From: Octopus bimaculoides
Lineage: Eukaryota
Length of the DNA stretch: 64,000 bases
Assembly: GCF_001194135.2 (NCBI RefSeq)
Contig: NC_068982.1
Coordinates: forward strand, 61,144,319 to 61,208,318
Direction of reading: 5' to 3'
Position 1 is the first letter of the stretch. Each line of letters begins with the position of its first letter. The translations under genes and the position numbers were made by a program. Below the pieces are notes generated by a model. The model was given only the letters and a program-made list of their open reading frames with translations, searched no databases and had not been told where the DNA came from. This document shows positions 1-12,763 of this stretch, in pieces.

Positions 1-240
1 CCTGAAGTGAAATCAGTGGGAAAAGTTATTTAAATAAAAGAGACCCTTGTCAATGAAAAGGCTAGGAGCCACTGTGACTACACCATATTAAATTGCGTAT
101 GTATCTCCAAGTCTATCTGTGTTAACACTGCTTGAAAAAATGGTGCTCTGTGTTTAGCACCTAGTGCTTCAACAAATAAAGATCAATAACAGAAGTAACA
201 GGCTTATAAATAAAAATACTGGGACTGATTTTAATCAATT

Positions 241-298
241 AAGGGTTAGAGTTAGGTTAGAATTAGGTTAGGGCTAGGTTACAGTTAGGTTAGGTTAT
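241..298. repeat. Degenerate (TTAGG/TTAGGG)n interstitial telomere-like tract
   Basis: aagggttagagttaggttagaattaggttagggctaggttacagttaggttagg; imperfect and short. Confidence 0.6.
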
Positions 299-702
299 AA
301 TAGAAGAGACTTTCCCAAGGAGTTACACTTCAAGGTTGAACCTAAAACCTTGTAATTCCATAGTAAACCTCTTAACTACACTGCCATAACAGTTAGCAAG
401 CTTCTTACCACACATCCACACCTGTGTCTGTTAATGAAATTCTAATAATGAAACAACAGAAAAGAAGTCATGAACCACAGTTTCACTATAGCTGCAGTAT
501 AACAGTGTAGAGAGCAGATTGTTATAGTACAACAAAAACCTTGAGTGACACTGTTGAGGACAGGACTGGTTCCAGAGCAAAGTATATCTTGCTGATAAAA
601 CTGAAATCAAAACTATACAATGAACTTACTATCAGAGAGAACACTAAACAGGATGTTGTTACTAAAGTTTTAAAAATTCCAAGAAATACCCAGCCATTGT
701 TT

Positions 703-813
703 AATGTGCAACTAATTCAAATGTGCAACTAATTCAAATGTGCAACTAATTCAAAACAATATGAATAAATAAGCATTAAAATTGACAGAATAATCTGAAT
801 ACTAAAAGGTTAA
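703..813 (-). mobile_element. Partial piggyBac-type MITE end with a 17-bp triplication (703-753)
   Basis: Reverse complement of the left part of the MITE at 12545; ends ...actaaaagg-TTAA; AATGTGCAACTAATTCA x3. Confidence 0.7.
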
Positions 814-1656
814 AGGAAATTGTGCCCTAAGTAATCTCACTGAAAAGTTTCTATCTTACTCTTCTTATGACAGCCTGATCCTCAGACATCACTACATCAT
901 CTTTTGACCCAACTTATGAACTCAATTGCCATTATCCTCTATATGCATTACAAACATGTACCAGCACAGTATTCTCTCTTACACACTACATCTAATTACT
1001 CTATTGCCCAACTATTCTCTTCTCTCACTTTTACTTCAATGTACACACCCGCATACATACGCACATACATTACCCCATGTGGGAAAACTTTTCATTGAGT
1101 AACTTTACATCAAATGAATTTTCAACAAATGACTTTTTATTGAATGACTTTTTTTTATCAAAGTGAGTTTTCATAAAATAATTTTAAATATAAATTGAAA
1201 ATAGAATTTCCAACCAAAACTTGAATTTCAGAAAACAGGACTAGATCTTCAAACATTTCTACCTGTAACAATTTCATACATTATGTGCTACAAATTGCAG
1301 GTAATTAATTATTCAATCATTAACAGCATGATATCCAGCTACAATGTTCTTTAGTCATTTGTTTACTGCATTGTAATGTCATTTTCTTGGTAGGCCATCA
1401 AAACCATCAGCCAGTTGCTCAATAAATACTTTATTTGCACCTTGATTATTTTGCATCCAATTTTTCTTTATGTTTTTACATAACAAAAGGTGAGTAATGA
1501 CATGTTTGCTGAATGCATTCAGCCAACCTTCAATGCTGTTATTGGTTCACTGCAAATTATTTTGCATATATTACTATACACTGGAATATCAACTTCATTT
1601 TGAAAGAGGCCTCTTTGTGGCTCAAAGTTCCAATAAGTTCTTCAAACCTTTATACA

Positions 1657-1754
1657 GGAGGCCAAATTTTCAGACCTTTAAATGGAGGCCAAATTTTCAG
1701 ACCTTTAAATGGAGGCCAAATTTTCAGACCTTTAAATGGAGGCCAAATTTTCAG
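1657..1754. repeat. 27-bp perfect minisatellite, about 3.6 copies
   Basis: GGAGGCCAAATTTTCAGACCTTTAAAT at 1657, 1684 and 1711, partial copy at 1738. Confidence 0.95.
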
Positions 1755-1782
1755 TGTACCAACTCTGTTGTTATACTCTTAC

Positions 1783-2186
1783 TCTTTTACTTGTTTCAGT
1801 CATTTAACTGTGCCCATGCTGGAGCACCACCTTTAGTCAAGCAAATTGACCCCAGGACTTATTCTTTGGAAGCCTAGTACTTATTCTATCAGTCTCTTTT
1901 GCCGAACCGCTAAGTTACAGGTACATAAACACACCAGCATCGGTTGTCAAGCGATGTTTGGGGGACAAACACAGACATGCAAACATATCCACACACATAC
2001 ATATATATATATACATATATACGACGGGCTTCTTTCAGTTTCCGTCTACCAAATCCACTCACAAGGCTTTGGTCGGCCTGAGGCTATAGTAGAAAACACT
2101 TGCCCAAGGTGCCATGCAGTGGGACTGAACTCGGAACCATGTGGTTGGTAAGCAAGCTACTTACCACACAGCCACTTCTACGCCTA
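1783..2186 (-). mobile_element. tRNA-derived SINE family A, near full length
   Basis: Minus-strand head has A-box-like GTGTGGTAAG and B-box-like GAGTTCAGTCC; highly similar to 53076-53466 and to many partial copies in the window. Confidence 0.85.
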
Positions 2187-3874
2187 TGTGAAGTTTACAA
2201 TAGCAACACTCCCTGAAGAAGTGAGGGAACATTTAAAATTTCTACAGTTGGGAAATTATTTGAAAATGCATTAAATGCAGCCAGTTCAGAGTTTATAGTC
2301 ACTGTCTCAATGTAAATTCCAGCTCTTTGTCTTTTGAAACTCAAATGATTTTATTGTAAGTTATATCAGATTTACAACAAGCAGCAGCATAAACTAAATC
2401 ATGAATGGTATAAAGCTGATTACAAGCTGGAGCTGGAAAATCAGCTACTAAATTAAACTAGCAAATTTAGATTTTGAGGGATGCAAAAATATAAAGGCCA
2501 TTTTTGTCATCCACTTAGAATATAAATTTTATCTTTTTAGTTGTCTACATGTAGTTAATCTTTAGACCATAACATTCAAGATATTTTATTGAACCATCCA
2601 CTTGAGGGATGTTTTCTTTATAAGACTATCAGTGTCTACTGGTAGAAAGTTCTATCATACATAGGAAGACACTTGATATCTTTTCATCTGAGTTAACAGT
2701 TCATGCCCACATTCTAAGATGCTGTCTTTTCCACTTCAATGCATACTGGATCTTGTGAGTGATTGTGATCAGCAGTTTATTTTGAAGTTTCATTTCTCTT
2801 AGATGTTCAGCATTTACATGTCCAAATACTTGTCACATCTCCGGTATATGACATTGTTGACAGTCTTGTTGAAAATGTTTGGAAAGCCATTAAATGTTAG
2901 CTGACATTTCTTTTTCTATTCGACACAAGTTCCATCTCAGCTATAGGCAGAAATAATCGATATCAAGCAGACATGGAAAGACCTAATGAATATTGTACTC
3001 TATTGTTTGATTGGTTGATCTCCAGTTTCAATGTCCACAAAATTAAATTTAAAAAAACAATCATAAATTACATGACTGTTGACAAAAAATATTATTCTAA
3101 AAATAATATATTTACAAAATTATTCTATGAAAAGTCATATCAATAAAAAATGTTTCAATAAAAAAAAATCATTATGATGAAAAGATGTGCAATGAAAAGT
3201 TATTTAATGAAAAGTCATTTAATGATGAGTATTGGCACAATCACTACTCTTTGTGAGCCAATGTGTGAGTCCCATAAAATCATCTGACTTGCCAGAAATA
3301 ATAGCTGAGTCACCTTCAAATCACACTTTTCCATTTTAAAATTGGAAGGACATATTGGACAGTAAAATCTAGGATAAAATGATGAGATGGTCAAGACCAG
3401 AGAACCTTTGATTCATAGGTCTGCTAAATCAGGGTTGACCTAGTGTTAAATAAAAATAACAACAGCAAATTTTTGATTGATTATTTTTTTTTTCTCCTGA
3501 ACACCTTAATGAAAAGATTATTTTAAGGAAATTCATTCCATTTCCTGACAAAATTATTTTCCGTTCATTTGTAGCTAAAGTTAAACACTGTTTAGTTAGA
3601 AATTGGTTTCAGGTATAGCGTCTTCTCACCCTTGCCTGTAAGATAGAGTGGAAGATGTAAGGAGTAGGACATCAAGTTAGAAAATTATGATCTTATAATA
3701 AGATGTTGAGAATCCAGTTACAAAATTCTGACATCACAGTGTTGATAAGAAAGAAACGCCAATGACATAAAAGATGGCAATATCAATTAGTTTAAGTTAG
3801 ATTTCCTCAGCAAAAATAAGGTACTAGATAAAGAGACAGATTCAAATACACAGAAGGAGGAAATGGAGGGGATA

Positions 3875-3877
<3 letters not shown>

Positions 3878-3930
<53 letters not shown>
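3878..3930. repeat. (GT)n microsatellite
   Basis: Direct reading. Confidence 0.95.
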
Positions 3931-3932
<2 letters not shown>

Positions 3933-4829
3933 ACATGTGTGCAAGTTTTACTGTATGTGCACTAAAGAAATTAAAACAAATTAAAAAGAGTATGAGATGT
4001 AACAAAACAATCGCCTTGAGTAATCATTAAACATGAAGATAACCAGATGAAAAGAAACTCTGTTGATTGCTGGAGCAATCCTGAATTAGTGTGTTTGATG
4101 AAAGAGATAAGATAAGCAGGAATTAATAGTTATTGTGTTCACAAAATTGAACCAGTAGGTTTATTAAGATGAAATGGAAGCAAGAAAAGTTCTCTGCAAC
4201 TTGATTCATTCATTCATTCATTCTATTCTATTCTGTACAATATCTAAGCAAACTTTGCTTTGTTACAACTGTTTCTGAGAAAACTTGGAGGCATTATGGG
4301 AAAAGAAAAAAAAAAGAGAGAACACCTTATTGAACCAACACTTTATACATACATACATACAACCAGCATACAACAGGCACACATACACACACACACATGC
4401 ACAACCAACACATATACACACATCTAAGTATATATGTAATTGTTTATCTGTGCACTAAGTTGCTCAAATATTCCATTCTCCATCTCCTGTCCTTCAGCTT
4501 CTTCAAAAATTTTTCACAGGAAAGTCCACTAGTTTCTCTTTCTTTGCACTTTTTTTAAAAACTTTACTGCTTCCAATTCTGGTAGGTATCAATGATAGTT
4601 CCTCTCAACCAGGAACTGTTGATGATACAAATTGCTAGAGCAAGTCAATTAAAACTAAATCAGGTGAGTATTGAGTATATATACAGTGCAAATATGCAAA
4701 GTTAGTATTCTTATTGCAGTGATTCCTGCACAGGTTTGATAAATAGATAACAAACAGCAGCAGTAGCAAGAAGAAGAAGAAGAAGCAAATGACTACTGTT
4801 ACTATTACTGATAGTTTATTGTACTGATA

Positions 4830-5204
4830 GTGGAGGCGCAATGGCCCAGTGGTTAGAGCAGTGGACTCGCGGTCATAGGATCGCGGTTTCGATTCCCAGA
4901 CTGGACGTTGTTAGTGTTTACTGAGCGAAAACACCTAAAGCTCCACGAGGCTCCGGCAAGGGGTGGCAGTGAACCCTGCTGTACTCTTTCACCACAACTT
5001 TCTCTTACTTCCTGATTCTGTTGTGCCTGTAATTCAAAGGGTCAGCCTTGTCACACTGTGTCACACTGAATATCCCCGAGAACTACGTTAAGGGTACACG
5101 TGTCTGTGGAGTGCTCAGCCACTTGCATGTTAATTTCACAAGCAGGCTGTTCCATTGATCGGATCAACTGGAACCCTCGACGTCGTAAGCGACGGAGTGC
5201 CAGC
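4830..5204 (+). mobile_element. tRNA-derived SINE family B, full length, 12-bp TSD
   Basis: Head TGGCCCAGTGGTTAG (A box) and GGTTTCGATTCC (B box); TSD ATTGTACTGATA at 4818-4829 and 5205-5216; homolog at 63766-64000. Confidence 0.9.
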
Positions 5205-5690
5205 ATTGTACTGATAACTTGCTGTCTGAACAGCTGAAAGCTACTGGGAAGAGGGATAGATTATTAATTGAAGAAAAATATACACAATATTTCAAACATG
5301 TGGTGTGCCCTGGTGGCCAGTTATTATAAGGGAGATAATCATTTTTAGATAAATTTTGGTAGAATTAGAAGTTTGAATTTTAAACTTGAAGACCAAAGAA
5401 AAGGTACAGAAGATACATATTTTTCTTTTCTTACTTATTATGAAGATCTTAAAATTTCTCATCATAAGTAATCAGGTATAGTGCCATTTCATTCTCATTA
5501 GAAATTGTCAGCATGGCATAACAAGGGATGAATAAATTAAACAGCTTCTAAGGATTAGTTAAAGATATTAGAATCGTAGATATTGGAATATAAAAGATTA
5601 TGAAAGAAAGAAAAAAATAGTTATCCTTATATTTCTAGCATGTAAACATGAATCATTTTATCACTTCAAAATGAATGAAATGAAAGTTCT

Positions 5691-5895
5691 TTAACCCTTC
5701 AGCATTCAGGGCAAATGTAATGCTGTCATACGTGTTGCTTTTTCATTCACATTGGTTTTAATTAACCATGCTTTATTTTGTAGCTTCGAAATTTTGATGA
5801 TGTGATTGTATATTTTTAGAATAGATCTGGTAGATTATAACATAAATATAGCATATTTAGGCTGGATATGACTGGTTTAAATGTTAAAGGGTTAA
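5691..5895 (+). mobile_element. piggyBac-type MITE
   Basis: TTAA-CCCTTCAGCATT...AATGTTAAAGGG-TTAA; internal similarity to 12545 and 57305. Confidence 0.85.
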
Positions 5896-6449
5896 ACTGC
5901 TAAAATAATCATTAAGCAAATTAATGGGCTATAATTTCCACCAAAGAAAATAATTAATCAATTACTGTTATTTTCCCCATTCACTATGATCCAGCCACAT
6001 GGCTGACTGTTTAACCCCAGTTCATAGTGTTGGATGAAAAATATTTCAATGGATAGGATGCTGATCTATCACAGGTATTTTTTCTAGATGTAGAACTGGA
6101 CTTGGTACTGCAAGCTAACAAAACATTTATCATATAAATAGTGTTGCCATGTGGAGATGCATGTAGTTCCTAGATTGGGATACCTGTTTAACAACAAAGA
6201 AGCTTAAGCTATTTGAGATTTAGGAGATCTGACCTGGTTACAGACAGAATGATATGGTGACAAGGACATGAACCGATAACTTCATGGTTATTTGTCTGTT
6301 ATCCTATTGACTTGGGCATTAGTAATATATCACTGATACATATGTTATTCATACCAAGCTAATTAGAGTTTAAATTCATAAGACATACAGAGCAAATAAA
6401 TAATGAATCAAGATCAGTGTAGCAATTAACTCAGACTTTCTCAAGCTCT

Positions 6450-7110
6450 TTGATGAAAATGTTTCCCCCACAGCATCTTGGTATTGTAAGAATTGGAATC
6501 AAGCCAATGGCCTCTACCACTTTGGTGCTGAAGCAACTGCCTCAAAAGTTGGGGGAGATCAGGAGCATTTTGTTTCAAATGGGACACAGAAAGGTCATGT
6601 TAGCATACACAGTCAATGTGCCTGGCATCTGGATTCTTGCCAAGTGCCCACTGCATTCTACTAGCTGAAAAAATGCAATCATTAGTGGATTAGTGGAGGG
6701 TATGAGTGAAGATACTGTGAGACTAATTCTGAATGTTGATGAGAACAGTCTGAATAACTTCCTCTGAAAGATTTTTATGCTGAGGATTATGTACTTTTAA
6801 AAGCTGTTGACATGGCTGTGCAACAGGCAGATAAGCACTTGCCAGTTTGAGATAAACTCAACAGGTGTAGCAATGTCATCATCCAAACCTATCCAAGATG
6901 TACTCAATGTCTGAACATTTTTGTTATGTGGGATCATCTCAAACACTCAGTTACAAGATGTGATATGGACCTGACCAATCAGCAAGGAGGGGAAGTTTTC
7001 CTCTGTCTGGAGACTATGACAAAGGAGGTAGGGTAATGGATGAACTTGTGAGGGCTTAGGACTGACACTTTCCAAATCAACCAGGCCTTCAACAAGTTTT
7101 TCAACTACCA
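6450..7110 (-). mobile_element. Highly decayed LINE-like remnant, possibly RTE
   Basis: Locally higher GC; the minus strand gives a frameshifted RMQW/GHLAR resembling the RTE RLRWAGHxxR motif. No other clear motif. Confidence 0.3.
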
Positions 7111-7445
7111 TTTAAAAAGGAGAGTGAGAATAGGAAAAGGAAGTGCTACCCCCATATAACATTTTTTGAAAATTGTTTGAGAACGGAGAGTCTGATGTGG
7201 TTGGATGATTCCATTCTCACATTTCGTTTGTAATTTCCTGCCATGTAAAAGATATGTGTCTTTAGGGGGTTAGTGTTAAGGTGATTGTTGCTCTTTTGGG
7301 ACATATGCAATAGATATTTAACATTTCTTTTTTTGTTTTTTTTTCTTTCCAATGCATTTTTTTTTTTTAATCAACATAAAATCCACTGTTCTTATAACCC
7401 ATCTTTGTAATGTAGCTCACTCATCAACCCACAACAGATAAAGAA

Positions 7446-7453
7446 CCAATATC

Positions 7454-7515
<62 letters not shown>

Positions 7516-7516
7516 C
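7446..7516. repeat. (ATC/ATT)n microsatellite
   Basis: Direct reading. Confidence 0.9.
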
Positions 7517-7996
7517 ACTGCTAGAATACAAAGAAAAGTGTTGAAGTGGTAGGATGTGGTATTTAGTAACATTCTTTATGATTACAGTAAAAATCTCATC
7601 AGTGTCAACATTGCCTTTATTCTCTTCTGAAAGAGTTAATAAAATAAGTACCAGTAATACATTATATCCAATTTAATCAACTGTATCTATCTCCAAAAAA
7701 TCTGTGGCTTTGTACCACTGTAAAAAAAGAAAGAAAAAAGAAAACATTGTTATTAAGTCAAGAATTATATGGTTAGCTGCAGCTCCTAATACAAGCCAAT
7801 CATCCATGAATTGAGAATGATGTCTCCCTCATTTTCATTTAATTCGGTTCTCTGAAGCATAGAAAATAATGCCACAGCAGGGTTTGCTAAACATCCCTGT
7901 CACTATTCTTTTTTCACAACTTGCTTCTCATTTTCTTATTTCCTGAATTTTACTTGTATGTATATATGAGCTTTTTCCGTGTATATGTACAAGCTT

Positions 7997-8047
<51 letters not shown>
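7997..8047. repeat. (CT)n microsatellite
   Basis: Direct reading. Confidence 0.95.
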
Positions 8048-8049
<2 letters not shown>

Positions 8050-8313
8050 GTGCACTGCACATGCAAGTGGAGAGAAAGAGAGAGAGTTTTCTATTCAATA
8101 AGGCTATTGACTTTCCATTTACTAATCCTGTGAACAATTTGTATTCAGAGTAAGAGAGAAGATGACAATGTGAAAACAATCGTCTCAAATAGAAAGAAAA
8201 AAAAACTGAAGTAATGTATCCTGATAAAAATTTGAAACTAAACCTATGTATGAAGTAGTTCACAGCAAAATGTTGAAGACTTAATGAAATAATAACCACA
8301 ACATACATTCATA

Positions 8314-8420
8314 TCATTATCATCATCGTTTAACGTCCATTTTCCATGCTCACATAGGTAGGACAGTTTGGCTGGAGTTGGTAAGGCCAGAAGAAGGATT
8401 CATTGCCTCTGCAGTCCAGC
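8314..8420 (-). mobile_element. Old RTE-type 3' tail
   Basis: catcatcgtttaacgtcc...ttccatgct, a diverged version of the tail at 39363. Confidence 0.7.
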
Positions 8421-8636
8421 ACTTCTTTCAATCTTTTATGTATCAGGCCTACCCTAAGGTCAACTGTATTATTACTACCAAAGGCTTTCTTGTTCTTCCT
8501 TTGCTGCAGGCCCATCCACTATCAGCATATGGGATGTTTAGATGCAAAAGTTTTTTGATCCATATCCACAGCAATATAACCACTTCTAAAGAACACAAAA
8601 CAACACCCTTCACATCATCATATGCAATACATAGAT

Positions 8637-8940
8637 CAGTGGTTCTCAATCATTTTTTGCTTATGTACCCCTTTGGTGGACCCACAAAGTCATTCAATGT
8701 TTAAAAACTAGTTTTATAGATACTTTTTTCAAAATTCTTTCTTCACTTTTCATGCATAAATTTGTGGAAGTTGAATTATGTAAAATGTTAGAGAAAGAAA
8801 TCTTGCTGTTTCTTGCAACAAATACATCTAAAGCAAAAATTTTTCATGGACCCATAATATATTAGTGTGTGTCCCCATTTTACTATTTTGCTTGTGTGGA
8901 CCCCACCAAAACTTATATGGACCCCAGTTGAGAACCACTG
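8637..8940. mobile_element. hAT (Charlie-like) MITE
   Basis: TIRs CAGTGGTTCTCAA / TTGAGAACCACTG; 8-bp TSD ACATAGAT / ATATAGAT (7 of 8), close to the Charlie NTCTAGAN target. Confidence 0.9.
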
Positions 8941-9699
8941 ATATAGATCATACCCTAAAACACCTGTATAACAAGACAGAAACTCTAAAAGATGAGAGAC
9001 CATAGGGATGCAAGAAGCACATTTTGTTGCTAAAACAGATCCCAAACCTTACAGTCTCTGCAGGTGCAATAGGTTTCTTGACAGTATGCTGTTACAGCAA
9101 ACTCTAACCCTTAAAGGTCCTATCAATTACATCTAATGGGACACATTTTGTTACGGAATCAAACTCTAATCCTCACAGTCCCTGTCAAATTCCTGCACAA
9201 CCACTTTTAAACGTCTTCACATAACCGTATCTAAGCAGTCTGGCAAAAGAAACCAACAGAATAAGTACCAAGATTAAGAAAAAAAGAAAAGCATTGGGGT
9301 CAATTTGGTTGACTAAAAATTCAAGGCAGTGCCCCAGCATGGCCATAATCTAATGATTGAAACAAGTAAAAGGCAAAAGACATAACCAGACTGTTACTAT
9401 TAACCAATGAAAGTCAGGATGTGTAGTTGTAGTTGACAATAGATTTTTTTAGTTAAACTTTGAAATTCAAAGCTACACAACGGTTACATTGATTGATGCA
9501 TCTAATGCCTGCTTGCAATTTTCAACTCACATTTATTGTACATATAAATTTCCAGCATTCATCCAATGGATCCAAGAAGGTACAAATATACAGAAAATTT
9601 TACTTAAAATGTTTCATGCAGTAAATGAATACTTGGATTGGATTTTATGAGGAATTACAAAGCCAAAACTGACCTCACCTATATTCATGCCACATTAAA

Positions 9700-9868
9700 A
9701 GCACTCAGTCCACTCTGCTGGATGGTTGATGTTTGGAAGGGCATCCAGTCATAAAAACCGTGTCAAAACAGACACAGAAGTCTGGTGCAGTCTTCTGCCT
9801 GGCCAGCTCCTGTCAAGCCATCTAACCCATACCAGCATGGAAGGCAGATGTTAAATGATGATGATGAT
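9700..9868 (+). mobile_element. Old RTE-type 3' tail
   Basis: ggaagggcatccag...aacccataccagcatggaaggcagatgttaaatgatgatgatga. Confidence 0.75.
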
Positions 9869-9999
9869 ATAATAGTTGTCATAGAAAAACATGAGAAAGA
9901 TTGGAATTAATTTCTATTTTAAGTTGTGTTAGCAGAACATCAACAGAGATAGACAGCAACTTATGAAAGGAATCGGTTCTTAGTTCTGATGGAATTGTC

Positions 10000-10189
10000 T
10001 TTTATCTCTTATTTGTTTCAGTCATTAGACTGTGGCCAAAATTTTTAGTTGAGTGGATCAACCCCCGTACTAGTTTTTTTAAGCCTGGTACTTATTCTTT
10101 TAATTTCTTTTGCCAAACCACTAAGTTATGGAGTCATAAACACACTAACACTGACACAAAGACACACACACATATATACTAACACACAA

Positions 10190-10234
<45 letters not shown>

Positions 10235-10346
10235 ACAGGCTTCTTTCAGTTTCCATCTACAAAATCAACTCACAAGCCTGACGCTATAGTAGAAAATACT
10301 TGCTCAAAGTGCTATGCAGTGGGACTGAACCCAGAAACAATGTGAT
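10000..10346 (-). mobile_element. SINE family A, diverged and head-truncated
   Basis: Colinear with 53076-53466, including the internal (CA)n. Confidence 0.8.
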
Positions 10347-12544
10347 CAGATTTATTTTGGCAAGTTAGTCACAGAAAGAGGAGAGCAGTGTATATGATCA
10401 TTGCAAGTTTTTTTCCAAGTCTGGTGAGAATTGGTGTAGCTAATGCTCAGGGTGGACATCTGCAGGAAAAAATGTGAATGAAGAGAAAACCAAGGGGTTG
10501 GTCTGAATGCTTAAAGCAGCACCCAGAAACTAATGCTGTAGTCTTAAACTGGATAACATGTTAGACCTGTAGCCTACTGATTAGGTATACCTGGAGGACA
10601 TCTGTTAAACAGAGTGGGTTTATAGAGTAAGTAGAAAGTAGACATTTTAAAAAGAAAAGTTTCAAGTAATCAAATCTGGATCAGAGATAATCTCATTATT
10701 AAACCCAGAAGTAATCTCAAGAGAATGCTACCTTAACCCATGACTTTACAGTTAATAGACCAGCATCCTAACGTCATATCCGTCTTGATACTTTTAGCCA
10801 ATAATGGAGTTAGCATGTAACCAACATAATAAAAACTTTGTATCTTGTAAACTCAGAATACAACAAACAACAACAACAATGGCTGCAGCAACAGGAACAA
10901 CAATCCTTCCTAGTAAAGTTTCTATGGGAAATTTTTCCAACATGGACATCAAAAAAGGCTGGGCAGTGACATTATTCATTGATTAAACAGGATGCAGGAT
11001 ATGAAACCATTTATAACTATCTAAGAACAGATTGAAGTTGATATGAAAGATCACATACTTTCTCAGCACTCTTCCTTTTTATGCTCATTTCAATAAACAA
11101 TAGAAGTAGAAGGAATTGGAACTGTGATAACAAATTCTTCCACTTTTACTTCTTTTTCTTTCTTTTTTCTTCCTTTTTTTATTGTTGTGGTTATTTAATG
11201 AAAACACCAAAATAGTTTCAAGAAGATTGATTCAGAAAATTTCCTTTTCTTGTCTTTCTTACTATCATTAGAAAATATTTTGTGGTTTTTTAATTGCTGA
11301 TTTCTAAAATTAACTTTGTTTCTCTGTTGTTTTCACAACGTTCACAACCCAAACATTATTTACATTTTTGTGACAAATATTTTTAACATGATTTGAAAAT
11401 AAAAAGAGTATTTGTAAAAAGAAAACCTAAAAACTGCATTAAATGACATGCAATAGAGTGTTTTAAACTGGAAAGATGAGAAAATTACAGATGTTAGATA
11501 ATTTGAGGAAGGGAAGAATACATAAAAGTCTGTAATAAAACTGAGCAATAAACAAGAGAAAACCCATACTTTAATGTTGTCCACCTACAGAACAATCATA
11601 TTTACAGTTTCTTTGAAAGTCTTTAAAAGTTTTGTGTTGCTATGATTTTAACATCTCTTAGACACATTAGTAAATTTTTTCATCAAAATAAGCATTATAT
11701 ATGAAGTACATTTGCATAATAAAAGTACTTTCAGCATGAATATGCTAAGAGAATTTACAACACATAGACATGTTTTTGTTTTCTTTTTAAGCCTGTACAA
11801 ACAAAATCATACAGAAGCATATAAGAAATATTTTCAGCAAATTAGGTGAAACATTAACTGAAGACTTCATTGTATAAACAATCAGATATTAAAATATAAA
11901 CAATAAGATTTTAAAATGCAAACACTTTGATTTATAAAAGAGAATATTGGTGATTTGCAAATCAAATCAACTTATGGTGTCCCAAAGTAGGACAGCCAGA
12001 AGATTATGCAATTAAATTTTATGTACAAATTTATCTTTATTAACAGGCTAAAACAAGGAAAAAATTTGTTTGAATTTAATTTATAATCACCAACACTCTA
12101 TCCCTATTGCATATTATGAATTAGAGAAGCAATCCGGTTTTTACTGAGAATTAAACTTGTGTTTTTCTGGGGAAGATGGGGGGGGGGATCACCCTCAGAA
12201 TTTTAGAGTCAGAAATGAGTAGAAAAGAGTTTTAAGTAAAACAAGCAAGAAAGAGTGAGGAAGCTACTGACTTAAGGTCGAAGCCAGTGAACAAAAATAA
12301 GAGACAGATTAATAATTACTCTTTTGTATTTTTACAGACACACTCACACACACATATACGCACAGAATTTTATGAGTAATAATGGAAGCTTCAATTGTGC
12401 CTATTACATTGTGTTAGGCCTTTCAGGAACATGGTCTAAAATTGGGAATAGATTTTATAAGAATTTAAGCTTGAGTCAAGTCTAACTTGAATGCTTACAA
12501 CAGAGTGAATTTTGCCACAGGCACCCAAATACCAAGTGATGCTG

Positions 12545-12763
12545 TTAACCCTTTAGCATTTAGATTACTCTGTCAAATGTAATGCTTATTTATTCATATT
12601 GTTTTGATTTAATCATGTTTCATCTTATAACTTCAAGATTTCAATGATGAGATTGTTTATTTTGAGAACGACATTGTGTGAGACACCAGATTTAGTCAAT
12701 GTGAACATAAAACAGGTAGAATATTTTGGCTGGATATGGCCAGTTTAAATGCTAAAGAGTTAA
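12545..12763 (+). mobile_element. piggyBac-type MITE
   Basis: TTAA-CCCTTTAGCATTT...AAATGCTAAAGAG-TTAA: TTAA at both ends plus TIRs. Confidence 0.9.

Noticed and set aside
1657-1754. CRISPR-like regular repeats (also the 85-bp units at 40251-40505)
   Set aside because: Units are contiguous with no unique spacers, there are no cas genes, and the context is eukaryotic.
4830-4905. tRNA gene (also 20533, 29761, 49554)
   Set aside because: A and B boxes are present, but there is no complete cloverleaf; the sequence continues into a repeat body with a tail and TSD, so these are SINE heads.
10794-10979. Minus-strand ORF with a TM-like IVVPVAAAIVVVVCC segment
   Set aside because: The hydrophobic run comes from a (GTT)n repeat; an in-frame stop lies just upstream; no family is recognised.
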